A stretch of DNA of 64,000 nt, taken from Candidatus Latescibacterota bacterium. GTDB taxonomy: Bacteria; Latescibacterota; UBA2968; UBA8231. The DNA lies in the NCBI GenBank assembly GCA_965203175.1, contig OZ241867.1:352001-416000 (forward strand), read 5' to 3'. The translations under genes and the position numbers were made by a program. The notes under the pieces are model-generated. The model was not told where the DNA came from, made no database searches, and saw only the letters and a program-made list of their open reading frames with translations. Positions 19,401 through 27,014 of the stretch are shown here, piece by piece (within the stretch, counting starts at the first letter, position 1; every line of letters begins with the position of its first letter).

Positions 19401-19835
19401 CGCACAAAGACCTATTCCATCGGCAGCTTGCAAAACGGTGTAGCATACAACGTGCGGGTGCGCGTCCACAACCTAAATCCCGACCCGGAGCTTTCCCTCA
19501 GTGCGTGGACCACTGCCACCGCTACCCCCACCGAGGACGCGGCGGCCAAACAGGCTGCGTCTTTTGAACTCGCCGCTGCGTATCCCAACCCGTTCAACCC
19601 CTCCACTACCATCAGCTACGCCTTGCCGCAAGCTGCCGACGTGCGCTTAGACATCTATAATGTAATGGGTCAACGAGTGCGGACGCTGGTCGCCGCCCAC
19701 CAACCCGCCGGTTACTACGCCGTCGAATGGAAGGCGACTGACGACAGCGGCCACACCCTATCATCCGGCGTGTATTTCTACCACTTGCAAGCCGGCGCGT
19801 TCCGCGCCACGAAGCGGATGCTGCTAATGCGCTAA
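13464..19835 (+). CDS. Giant secreted adhesin-like protein: many Calx-beta repeats, Ig-like domain, two FN3 domains, C-terminal FlgD-Ig/T9SS-sorting-like domain
   Basis: Signal peptide ending AAAQ; repeated DDxxxExxETFTLTLSNP..ATGTIxDND; PTNLTATPGDGKLLLRW (FN3); AYPNPFNPSTTI...KRMLLMR. Confidence 0.92.
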   Translation: MIHHAKLFVRRLAYMPWLLAVGLVLGWTGEAAAQELPTLLVGNGTGTEGGNVTFTVVVSPPLGVVDGEAETATVDYVARVEAGNTASLATDFTSIPMTLTITGAAAPGTSTATIDIAAVDDALDEPDETFTLELSRPSGVTFSGGGTTLTATGTIEDNDGPVTVNVAATATPAVVAEGPNTEAQFTVTLGTGDAPTPSGQVVMVDYEASASTGASADDFVATEGTLTFAVDETSKIVPVPIVDDDIHEVSTEGITLTLTLVEAPAVGNAALGTATATVTITDNEETPEFNVMAGDPADEGTFATFTVSLSGASSEQTTVNYTVVGTPTDTDLTATEGTDFTATTTAATLNFAAGETSKTVSVPIVADGIDEGDETFELRLADPAAPGGTLVPNLGDMATATGTIRGHLPSLSVFAPAEAVVEAEGAMAEFTVTLSKEATADVTVTYNTSLEPGDTAEQADFTAATNLTATITVGETSTKVSVTILDDDDIEENETFTLTLSNPSAGAMLGDMASAQATIADDDKPSLSVFAPAEAVAEGEDVVFTVALSDATGQDVTVEYEISIEAEDSAHPDDFENFMSETGTLTITAGQTSVMVPPVETVNDDLVEDDETFTLTLSNPSGAVLGDMLSAKATISSEDMSPLPSLSVAVADATEGGAVDITVTLSAEADADVTVAFDISTESGGDFATTSGMVTITAGDTEGMESVATVDDNDVEGSETFKVTLSNPSANAVLGDPSSATGTLTDNDLPSLSVAVGSATEGGAVGITVTLSAATDVEVTVDYKVSIESDDTAGPDDFDDFSEASGTMTIAVGETTEMVSVMTVDDDLLEALKPETFTVTLENPMNAVLDPARSSAKGSITDNELPLLSVAVAGATEGEAVGITVTLSAATDVEVTVDFAISTASGDDFAATPRTVTIDAGSLTGMASVMTVDDDDVEGSETFTVTLENPMNAVLDPAASSATGTLTDNDLPSLSVAVGSATEGGAVGITVTLSAATDVEVTVDYKVSIESDDTAGPDDFDDFSEASGTMTIAVGETTEMVSVMTVDDDLLEALKPETFTVTLENPMNAVLDPAASSAKGSITDNELPLLSVAVADATEGEAVGITVTLSAATNVEVTVDFAISTASSDDFETTSGTVSIDAGSLTGMASVATVDDDDVEGGETFTVTLENPMNAVLDPAASSATGTIADNDLPLLSVAVGSATEGGAVGITVTLSAATDVEVTVDFEVSIESDDTASPDDFANFREASGTVSIAAGSLTGTASVMTAPDDIIEPDETFTVTLSNPMNAVLNPIASSAQGTITDNDLPLLSVADGSAVEGEDVEFTVTLSVATDEAVTVNYATSVEDDDTATQADFKATSGTLTIAAGATEATVSVETVDDAEEEEPETFTLTLSDPSNAELSATMSSAQGSITDNESPTPSVSDASAVEGEDVEFTVTLSKASGVDQEFSYGISIEADDTASPDDFVDFVGGSGTLTIAAGATEATVSVATRDDNRVEEDETFTLTVGGLTAQGTITDNDVRVPPPTGAITLTVSPASVRENAGTATEVSVTASVDSPTDAAVTVSLALSGTAKEGTDYTISGTQSITIAAGETSDKTALTFTPINDAVYEGDETILITGTGTGYTSGSTRVTLIDDDEPSTPVSSGGGGGSPPPPPPPPSPSFDDKTIAAQFYIQGTAIDPLVFPIAQDGTKPLTYGLSQTSTAQAAIDPLTGLPDSLAFDPKTRTLTGTPATPLPATEFSYTVIDADGRTASLCFDITIYALIGPPTPPTDLTVAFDADGKLVLHWKEPARNGGYDLTSYEVQYQKTTSASWRRLAIRVPANHPTKTYTIGSLQADAEYNVRVRAYNLNPLPELSVGEWAMASTDETAMPDEIAAGTGEPAAAGAVCKPGLGDLLATEDAGDGEPSGDGDDGEPTAPSAPGAPTNLTATPGDGKLLLRWKEPTQTGGFDLTFYDLQYQKTTSTSWISVAIRIPANYRTKTYSIGSLQNGVAYNVRVRVHNLNPDPELSLSAWTTATATPTEDAAAKQAASFELAAAYPNPFNPSTTISYALPQAADVRLDIYNVMGQRVRTLVAAHQPAGYYAVEWKATDDSGHTLSSGVYFYHLQAGAFRATKRMLLMR
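15680..17400 (+). repeat. Near-identical intragenic tandem repeats, ~666-bp period (two Calx-beta domains per unit)
   Basis: 15809 and 16475 begin identical sequence; third unit about 660 bp further on. Confidence 0.88.
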
Positions 19836-19855
19836 AACGCATCGTCCCGTACACC

Positions 19856-19893
19856 GCAGGCCCTCCCGACGCAGCCGTCGGGAGGGCCTTTGC
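19856..19893 (+). terminator. Intrinsic terminator
   Basis: AGGCCCTCCCGAC-GCAGCC-GTCGGGAGGGCCT followed by TTG. Confidence 0.75.
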
Positions 19894-20111
19894 GTTGGGG
19901 CAATGGCATGGGGCCTTGACTGGATGCGAAGGCCCCCCCCGCCGAGCGGCCGGCCGCCGACAACGCCCAAGCAGATCGGCCCGCCCCGACCGGGAACTGT
20001 ACAGGAGCGGAGAAAGAGTACTCCCTATTGATCGCCGATGCTCGATACTCCCGCGAGCAAGCCGCCGCCGCCGTGGAAGAGGCCACCCCCACGACCAAAG
20101 ACGACATACTA

Positions 20112-20211
20112 GGCGCGAAGGCACTCGTCAGTAAACTGACAGTTTCGGCCTAACTCCGTATCGGCGGGGTAGGTCAGGGACAAGCCGTCTTCTTTAGGGG
20201 ACGGTGGTTGA
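20112..20211 (+). mobile_element. Orphan right end (omegaRNA-like scaffold) of a tnpB element
   Basis: GCACTCGTCA..AGTTTCGGCCTA..GGCGGGGT..CAGGGACAAGC..GGTGGTTGA aligns to 49512-49610. Confidence 0.8.
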
Positions 20212-21096
20212 TCAATACACGACCTTGTTGAGCGGGTATTCAATGATGCCTTCGGCCCCGAGCCGCTTGAGCTGGGGAATCAACTCGCGCACCACGCGCT
20301 CGTCGGCGACGATTTCCAGCGCCACCCACTCGTCGTCCATCTGGCTGGAGACCGTGGGCGTGTGCAGGGCCGGCAGCCGGGCGATGACGCGGTTGAGCTG
20401 GGCGCGCGGCACGTTCATCTTGAGGCCGACCTTGTGCTCGGCTTCGAGCGCGCCCTTGAGCAGCATCAGCAAGTTCTCGGCCTTCTCCCGCTTCCAGCCA
20501 TCGGCCCACGCGGCCTTGTTGGCAATGAAACGCGGGGTCGATTCGCAGACCGTATCGACGATGCGCAGCCGGTTGGCCTTGAGCGATGCGCCCGTCTCGG
20601 TCGCCTCGACGACGGCATCCACCAGCCCGGGAATGCCGGCCTTGACCTCGGTCGTGCCCCACGAAAACTCCACCTCAGCCTCCACGCCGCGCGCCTGCAA
20701 GAAGCGGCGGGTCACGCCGACTAGCTCGCTGGCGATGCGGTGGCCCTGCAGGTCTTCGACGCCTTGGATGGGAGAATCCTCGGGCACGGCAATGACCCAG
20801 CGCAGGGGCCGCGCCGTGCTCTTGCTGTAGGTCAACTCGCCGACTTCGACGACATCGGCCTCGCTTTCGAGAATCCAGTCCCGGCCCGTCAGGCCCACAT
20901 CGACGACGCCGCGCGCCACGTACTGGGCAATTTCCTGCGCCCGGAACATCAGGCCCGCAAGCTGGGGGTCGTCGATGTCGGGCACGTACGAGCGCGGCGC
21001 GAGCCGCACCCGATAGCCAGCGCGGACAAACAGGTCAAACGTGGAGTCCTTCAGACTCCCGGACGGGAAGCCGATCTTCAATTCCTTGGGATTCAT
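20212..21096 (-). CDS. hisG: ATP phosphoribosyltransferase, long form
   Basis: LKIGFPSGSL..RAQEIAQYV..GVVDVGLTGRDW..WGTTEVK..ETGASLKANRL plus C-terminal regulatory domain (GAEGIIEYP). Confidence 0.96.
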   Translation of the reverse strand: MNPKELKIGFPSGSLKDSTFDLFVRAGYRVRLAPRSYVPDIDDPQLAGLMFRAQEIAQYVARGVVDVGLTGRDWILESEADVVEVGELTYSKSTARPLRWVIAVPEDSPIQGVEDLQGHRIASELVGVTRRFLQARGVEAEVEFSWGTTEVKAGIPGLVDAVVEATETGASLKANRLRIVDTVCESTPRFIANKAAWADGWKREKAENLLMLLKGALEAEHKVGLKMNVPRAQLNRVIARLPALHTPTVSSQMDDEWVALEIVADERVVRELIPQLKRLGAEGIIEYPLNKVVY

Positions 21097-21121
21097 ATAC
21101 ATGCCTACGCAGTATATCTTT

Positions 21122-22266
21122 CTATGAAGTAAGCACTTCTAGTGAAGCGCCTAGTTTGACATATCCTCCCTTCATCTCGGCACTCATCCCCGCCGAGTCA
21201 GAGGCCATTCCTCTGTGAAGGATATTGACGGCCGCGTTGAGTCTCGGTCTAAGGCCATACCACAGGCGTAGCAATGATACATCCTCTGGTCGAGCCCCAG
21301 TTTGTCTCGCGGCATAGCACCGCAGCCGGAGCACTGCTGCGTCGTATTGCGGGGATCTACCTTGACGACCCACCCACCAGCACTCTCGGCCTTGTAGGTG
21401 AGACAATGCACAAAGTAACCCCATTGCTGCTCCACGATGGATCGAGCCAAACGGCGGTTCTTCACCATATTGGGGATCTTCAGGTCTTCTACTACAAATC
21501 GGCAGGCGTGATCCTTGACCAGCGCAGCGGTTATCTCATGTACCTTGCCCTGCTCCCGCTCCGTCACTCGCTGCCATGCCTTGGCCAACAGCCGACGCTT
21601 CTTCTCCCGATTGTTAGACCCCCTCTTGGCACGAGACAGGATGCGCTGGCGTCGCTTGAGATTATTACGATCCACCATGTTTTTGGGAACCTTGTAGCCG
21701 TTAGACAGCGTAGCTCTGTCCTTAACACCCAAGTCGATGCCCACAGGAGGACGAACATCCAGCACCTCGGGGGCCGCCACCTCCATCACAAACTGGAGCT
21801 TGACGCGCCGCGGCGTACGGACCACCCGAACCACCTTGACTGTCCCCTCCGGCAAAGCGTCTCTGAACTTGAGACGACCGATACCTTTTACCTGGTAGGA
21901 GTAGTACCTACCTGACGACTTCACCTTGGCAGGGGCAGGATCCTCAAAAGAATGGATGCCATTGTGCCAGCTCTTGAAGCGAGGATAGCCTCCCCGCTTA
22001 AAAAAATGCTGGTAGGCCCGGTCAAGACGCTTGAGGATAGAACGTTGCACCCGCGCAGGAAAACGGCTCCATTGAGGATCCTCGCGACGCTTGGTCAGCT
22101 TGGCCTGTTGCTGCAAATACGTGACAGAGTGCTTCTCCTGCTCCCAAGCATCTCGACGCTCAGCCAGACTCTCGTTATACAGATGCCGAGCCTGATCGAA
22201 GAAGTCGTCGAGATGGGCGTGTGCTGGCCTGCTCAGATAGGCTTTCCTGATGTATGTCCTCAGCAT
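21122..22266 (-). pseudogene. tnpB: TnpB (second subfamily) with a 1-nt deletion just after DRD
   Basis: GIDLG, VVEDL, Zn finger; GAGAC-TCAACGCG versus GAGACGTCAATGCT in the intact paralog at 50480-51628; NAAVNILHRG continues in another frame to 21122. Confidence 0.88.
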
Positions 22267-22269
22267 CGC

Positions 22270-23178
22270 TTAACACTTCTTCTTAGCCATCGCCTCGGCG
22301 ACTTGGGGGCTTAGCTTGTACAGGGCTAGCCGCGCCGCGATCTGGTCTTTTTCCGTTCCCTCCCTCATCAGCCGCTGCAAGTGCGGCACGGCCCGCTTAT
22401 CGCCCACCTCGGCGAGAGCGTGTATGGCCTTGTCGCGGATGCTCTGCAACTCGTCGGCATCGAGGGCGACCAGCAGGGCCTCGTAGATGGCGTTACGGGC
22501 GGGCGGGCCGAGCGGCGCGTGGCCAATCTGGCCAAGGGCTTGCACGGCCACGTAGCGCACCTCATTTGAAGGATCCACCGACATGCGAATGACCTCTTGC
22601 ACCGCGTCGCGGTACCCGTAGGCACGCAAACTCTGCAAGGCGGCGACTCGCCACTTGGGCTTGGGCGCGCGCAAGGCGCGGCGCACCACGCGGAAAGCCG
22701 AGTCGCTCAAGGCCGGCTCAGCCTCGTACGAATGGCACGGGCCGAGTGCGCCGAGTACGTATTGGCGCACTTCTACCGTGGGGTCGCGCACGTACTTGAG
22801 CAGCGGGGCGAGCGCGGTGGGCGAGCCGATCTGGCCCAGCGCCCACGCAGCCGCAGCCGCCACCCGCGGCGACTTGTCTTTTAGGGCCGCGATCAAGGTC
22901 GGCACGGCGCGCTCGTCCTCAAAGCGGCCCAACAGGTGCATCACCTCAAACCGCACGCGGATGTAGCCAGAGTCGGCCTCCTCAATCAGCAGGGGGACGA
23001 CTTCGTCGGCGTCGAAGCGGATGAGCTGGTTGGCAGCTTTGGTGCGCTCGGCTTTTTGCAGGCTTTTGAGCTGGTAAATGTACTCTTCGGGCGAGGGGCC
23101 TCCACACGCAATGCCCAAGCCCGCGCACAGCAACAGCGCGCTGCCAAATTTTTGCTTTTTAAAAAAAATACCAGCCAT
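22270..23178 (-). CDS. HEAT-repeat (PBS lyase-like) lipoprotein
   Basis: Lipobox GIAC; repeated AVPTLIAALKD..AAAAWALGQIG units. Confidence 0.85.
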   Translation of the reverse strand: MAGIFFKKQKFGSALLLCAGLGIACGGPSPEEYIYQLKSLQKAERTKAANQLIRFDADEVVPLLIEEADSGYIRVRFEVMHLLGRFEDERAVPTLIAALKDKSPRVAAAAAWALGQIGSPTALAPLLKYVRDPTVEVRQYVLGALGPCHSYEAEPALSDSAFRVVRRALRAPKPKWRVAALQSLRAYGYRDAVQEVIRMSVDPSNEVRYVAVQALGQIGHAPLGPPARNAIYEALLVALDADELQSIRDKAIHALAEVGDKRAVPHLQRLMREGTEKDQIAARLALYKLSPQVAEAMAKKKC

Positions 23179-23273
23179 ACCGCATTCTTTTGTTTAATTA
23201 TATACGGCAACGTATTAAGATACGAAGATAAAGGGAGCCTGTAACCTCGTCCACTGCACCCGTTCCCCCGTTT

Positions 23274-23302
23274 TTGACAACGCTCCTAGTGAATTTTATA
23301 CT
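23274..23302 (+). promoter_or_regulatory. Sigma70 promoter
   Basis: TTGACA-17 nt-TATACT upstream of AGGAGG and the GTG at 23333. Confidence 0.8.
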
Positions 23303-23332
23303 TTTCTAACCCTATTCCACAGGAGGTTTCCC

Positions 23333-23566
23333 GTGAACTTGGAACTCGTTTACTGCTCTGCTTGAGGCTACGAAAACAGAGCCGCCAGTTTGGCGGAACA
23401 GCTACTCGTCGCCTATAAGAAAGACATTGCTGCCTTCTTGCTAGTGCCCTCAGACCGAGGGAAGTTTGAACTTAGCCTCGATGGCGAGCTAGTCTTTTCC
23501 AAGCTGCAAGAAGGCCGCTTCCCCGACCACGGCGAAGTCGAAGCCCTGATCGACGCCCGCCGTTAA
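23333..23566 (+). CDS. Rdx/SelW/SelT-family selenoprotein (CxxU), 77 aa
   Basis: MNLELVYCSA[TGA 23363]GYENRAASLAEQLL..LVPSDRGKFELSLDGELVFSK..GRFPD; SECIS-like CCGCCA-GTT-TGGCGG 16 nt after TGA; not in the ORF track. Confidence 0.92.
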
Positions 23567-23609
23567 ACGCCCGCCACGCCTTTGCTTCTTCATACGAGGA
23601 GATCTTGCT

Positions 23610-24668
23610 TTGAAGTACTGCCGCTTGCTCAGTCTCGCCCTCGCGCTTTTGAGCGCCCCGGCCCTCGCCCAGTCGCCCGAAGCCCTCGACTACTTTCGCG
23701 TGGGCTACGACTTGGTCAAAAAGGGTAGCTACCGCAACGCCGTCATCGAGCTAGAAAAGTCCGTGGCGGTCGATGCTTCCTACGGAAACGCCCACTACGT
23801 CCTCGGCATTTCCTACAAGGCCCTCAACGAGTACGACAAAGCCATCCGCAGTTTTGCTGCGGCCCATGCCCTCGGCACCAAGCCGGAACAGGCCGCTAAG
23901 GCTCTAGGCCAGCTCTATCAAAAAGCCGCCCTCAACAGCTTTCGCCAAAAGAAATACCGCGAGGTCATCGACTATTTTACTAGCGCGCGCGACTACGGCC
24001 CGCAAAGCGCCCAAGCCCTCTACGTCATGGGCCTTTCTTACAGTGGCCTACACGAGAAAGACAAGGCCAAAGTGGCCTTTGCCGAGGCCATCGCAGCCGA
24101 TCCCACCGACGCCAGGCCCTACAATGCCCTCGGCGACATCCAGCGCCTCAGCCGCGACTACGGCAAGGCCATTGTCACCTACCAGCGTTCCATAGAGGCC
24201 GACCCCACGTACATGGAATCATACGGCGACTTGGCGCGGTTGAAGTTCGATACCCAAGATATAGAGGGCGTCGTACCGCTTTTGCAAAAGGCCCTAAAGA
24301 TCGACGACACGTACCCCGAAGGGCACCGCTTGCTCGGCATTGCGCTCAACCAGCTCGGCCGTTTCCACGAGGCCATCGCCCCGCTGAACAAGGCAGCCGA
24401 TCTAGACGACGGCTACTGCGAAACGTACTACCGGCTCAGCGAGGCCCACTACGGCATGGGCAATTTCCGCCAAGCCATTGAGTTCGGTCGGCGCGCCACC
24501 AGTTGTCAGGACGACTACCCAGCCGCCGAGACGCTGCTGGGCGACGCGCATTTTCAGCTCGGCCAACGACAGGAGGCGCGGCGCTGGTACAACCAAGCGA
24601 TCAAAGACAGCCGTTTCAAAGACTACGCGGCGAGCAAACTCGCAGAGCTTGACAAACCTCCCCAATAG
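23610..24668 (+). CDS. Secreted tetratricopeptide-repeat protein
   Basis: Signal peptide (ALAQ) and multiple TPR units. Confidence 0.88.
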   Translation: MKYCRLLSLALALLSAPALAQSPEALDYFRVGYDLVKKGSYRNAVIELEKSVAVDASYGNAHYVLGISYKALNEYDKAIRSFAAAHALGTKPEQAAKALGQLYQKAALNSFRQKKYREVIDYFTSARDYGPQSAQALYVMGLSYSGLHEKDKAKVAFAEAIAADPTDARPYNALGDIQRLSRDYGKAIVTYQRSIEADPTYMESYGDLARLKFDTQDIEGVVPLLQKALKIDDTYPEGHRLLGIALNQLGRFHEAIAPLNKAADLDDGYCETYYRLSEAHYGMGNFRQAIEFGRRATSCQDDYPAAETLLGDAHFQLGQRQEARRWYNQAIKDSRFKDYAASKLAELDKPPQ

Positions 24669-24673
24669 CCGCG

Positions 24674-25276
24674 ATGGCGCTGCTTCTGGCCTCGAACAAC
24701 CCCGGCAAGCTGCGCGAAGTCCGCGCCCTGCTTGCCGATGTCGAGGTCGTTGCGCCAGCGGCGCTGGGCCTTGATCTCGACGTCGAGGAAAGCGGCCAGA
24801 CCTTTGCCGCCAACGCCCAGCTCAAGGCCCGCGCCTATGCCGCGGCCAGCGGCCAGATCGCCCTCGCCGACGACTCCGGCCTCGAGGTCGATGCCCTCGG
24901 CGGCGCGCCCGGCATCTACTCGGCCCGCTACGGCGGCCCCGGCCTCGACGACACCGGCCGCTGCCAACTCTTACTCGCCGAGCTTGCATCCCATCCCGAG
25001 CCAGCGCAACGCCAGGCCCGATTCCGCTGCGTCCTCTGCGCAGTAAGCCCCGACGGCCGCCAGTGCCATGCCGAGGGCACGTGTGAAGGGCTGATTGCCC
25101 CGGCCCCGGCCGGGACCAACGGTTTTGGCTACGATCCGGTCTTTTTTGTTCCCGCCTACGCCAAGACCATGGCCCAGCTCGACCCGAAAATAAAAAACCG
25201 CCTTAGTCACCGCGCCCAAGCGCTAGCGGCCGTGCGCCCGCTGCTGGCCAGCACCTTCCCAGAACTCGGCTTCTGA
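24674..25276 (+). CDS. rdgB: Non-canonical purine NTP pyrophosphatase (RdgB/HAM1)
   Basis: ASNNPGKLRE, ADDSGLEVDAL, PGIYSARY, GFGYDP, KNRLSHR. Confidence 0.95.
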   Translation: MALLLASNNPGKLREVRALLADVEVVAPAALGLDLDVEESGQTFAANAQLKARAYAAASGQIALADDSGLEVDALGGAPGIYSARYGGPGLDDTGRCQLLLAELASHPEPAQRQARFRCVLCAVSPDGRQCHAEGTCEGLIAPAPAGTNGFGYDPVFFVPAYAKTMAQLDPKIKNRLSHRAQALAAVRPLLASTFPELGF

Positions 25277-25277
25277 A

Positions 25278-27014
25278 ATGTGGGGCCCGTTCGCTCAATA
25301 CGTCCGTCCCTATCGGGGCCGCATCCTGCTTGGCGCACTCTGCATCGGACTGGGACAGGCGGCGACGGCGCGCATCCCACTGCTGGTGGGCGATGCCGTC
25401 GATGCGGTCTCAGCGCCGGAAACCGCCTCCGCACAAGTCGAGACCTACGTCTTCTACATCCTCGCCTACGCCTTGGGCGTGGCCGTGTGCGGGTACGCCA
25501 TGCGGATGTTCTTGGGCCGCGCTGCCAACCGCATCGAATACGACATCCGCATCGCGTACTTTGCCCACCTACTCAAGCTGCCGCTGTCGTACCACCAGCA
25601 GCGCCGCACCGGCGACCTCATGGCGCGGGCGACCAACGATCTCCACTCTGTGCACATTTTTTGGGTCTATGGCATTCGCGGCATCGTCGATACCGCCTTG
25701 GGGCTGACCTTCACCCTCGCCTGCATGTGCCTGCTCGACTGGAAGCTGGCCCTGCTGGTGCTGGTGCCCATGCCGCTTTTTAGCGTCGTGATGATCCGCA
25801 TCGCCGCAGTCATCAACACCCGCTACAAGGCCATCCAAGATTACTTCGGTCGGATTAGCACCTTCATCCAAGAAAACCTCTCCGGCATCCGCGTGGTCCG
25901 GGCCTACACCCAAGAGCCCGCGCAAAACGCCGCGTTCGACCGACTCAACTGGGCGTATCTCGAAAAAAACCGCGCCTACATCCGCACTCGCGCCAACTAC
26001 CGGCCGCTCTCCTACGTTATCGCCTCACTCTGCTTGGGGTTGAACTTGTGGCTAGGCGGGCGCGCGGTCATCGACGGCGAACTCAGCTTTGGGGCCTTCG
26101 TCGCCTTCAACGCCTACCTGACCCAACTGATCCGCCCGATCATGTACGCCGGCTGGGTCATCGACCGCGCCCAGCGCGCCCTCGTGTCCATGCAGCGCAT
26201 CAACGAAATCCTCGCCGTCGAGCCTGAGATCCAAGACCACGCCCTGCCTCCGGCTAATCCGCGCCCAATTGCCGGCCACGTCGCCTTCCGCAAGCTCAGT
26301 TTCTCCTACGGCGGGGAACAAGTCCTACATCAGATTGATCTCGAAATTCCCCAAGGCACGACACTCGGAATCATCGGCCGCGTCGGCTCGGGCAAGACGA
26401 CGCTGGCGCGCTTGGTGCCGCGCTTGATTCAATCCGGGCCGGGGCAACTGCTCATCGACGGGGTGCCGATCGAGGAATGGCCCCTGACGACCTTGCGCGA
26501 CGCCATCGGCTACGTCCCGCAAAACCCCTTTCTATTTTCCAATACCCTCAATGCCAACCTCGCCTACGGCGTGGACTCTGCCGCAGAGGCCCAGATCCAC
26601 GCCGTGGCCGAAGAGGCTCAACTCAAAAAGGACATCGACCAATTCGACGAGGGTTTCGACACCCTCATCGGCGAGCGCGGCGTCACCCTGTCCGGCGGCC
26701 AAAAGCAGCGCGCGACCTTGGCCCGGGCGCTCATTCGCCGCCCGCAAATCCTCATCCTCGACGACGCGCTCTCCGCGGTGGACACCCACACTGAAGAAGC
26801 CATCCTCGATCACCTGCGCTCCCTCATGCAGGGCCGCACCACCCTGATCATTGCCCACCGCATTTCGACCCTGCGCCACGCCGACCACATCGCCGTACTC
26901 GAAGACGGCCGCATCGCCGAGCAGGGCACCCACGACGAACTGATCAACAGCGGCGGCTTCTACGCCGAACTGTACCAGCGCCAGCAGCTCAGCGCCGAAC
27001 TGGAAACGCTGTGA
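25278..27014 (+). CDS. ABC exporter, fused permease/ATPase (MdlA-like half)
   Basis: TM domain; GRVGSGKT, LSGGQ, ILILDD (degenerate Walker B). Confidence 0.92.
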   Translation: MWGPFAQYVRPYRGRILLGALCIGLGQAATARIPLLVGDAVDAVSAPETASAQVETYVFYILAYALGVAVCGYAMRMFLGRAANRIEYDIRIAYFAHLLKLPLSYHQQRRTGDLMARATNDLHSVHIFWVYGIRGIVDTALGLTFTLACMCLLDWKLALLVLVPMPLFSVVMIRIAAVINTRYKAIQDYFGRISTFIQENLSGIRVVRAYTQEPAQNAAFDRLNWAYLEKNRAYIRTRANYRPLSYVIASLCLGLNLWLGGRAVIDGELSFGAFVAFNAYLTQLIRPIMYAGWVIDRAQRALVSMQRINEILAVEPEIQDHALPPANPRPIAGHVAFRKLSFSYGGEQVLHQIDLEIPQGTTLGIIGRVGSGKTTLARLVPRLIQSGPGQLLIDGVPIEEWPLTTLRDAIGYVPQNPFLFSNTLNANLAYGVDSAAEAQIHAVAEEAQLKKDIDQFDEGFDTLIGERGVTLSGGQKQRATLARALIRRPQILILDDALSAVDTHTEEAILDHLRSLMQGRTTLIIAHRISTLRHADHIAVLEDGRIAEQGTHDELINSGGFYAELYQRQQLSAELETL

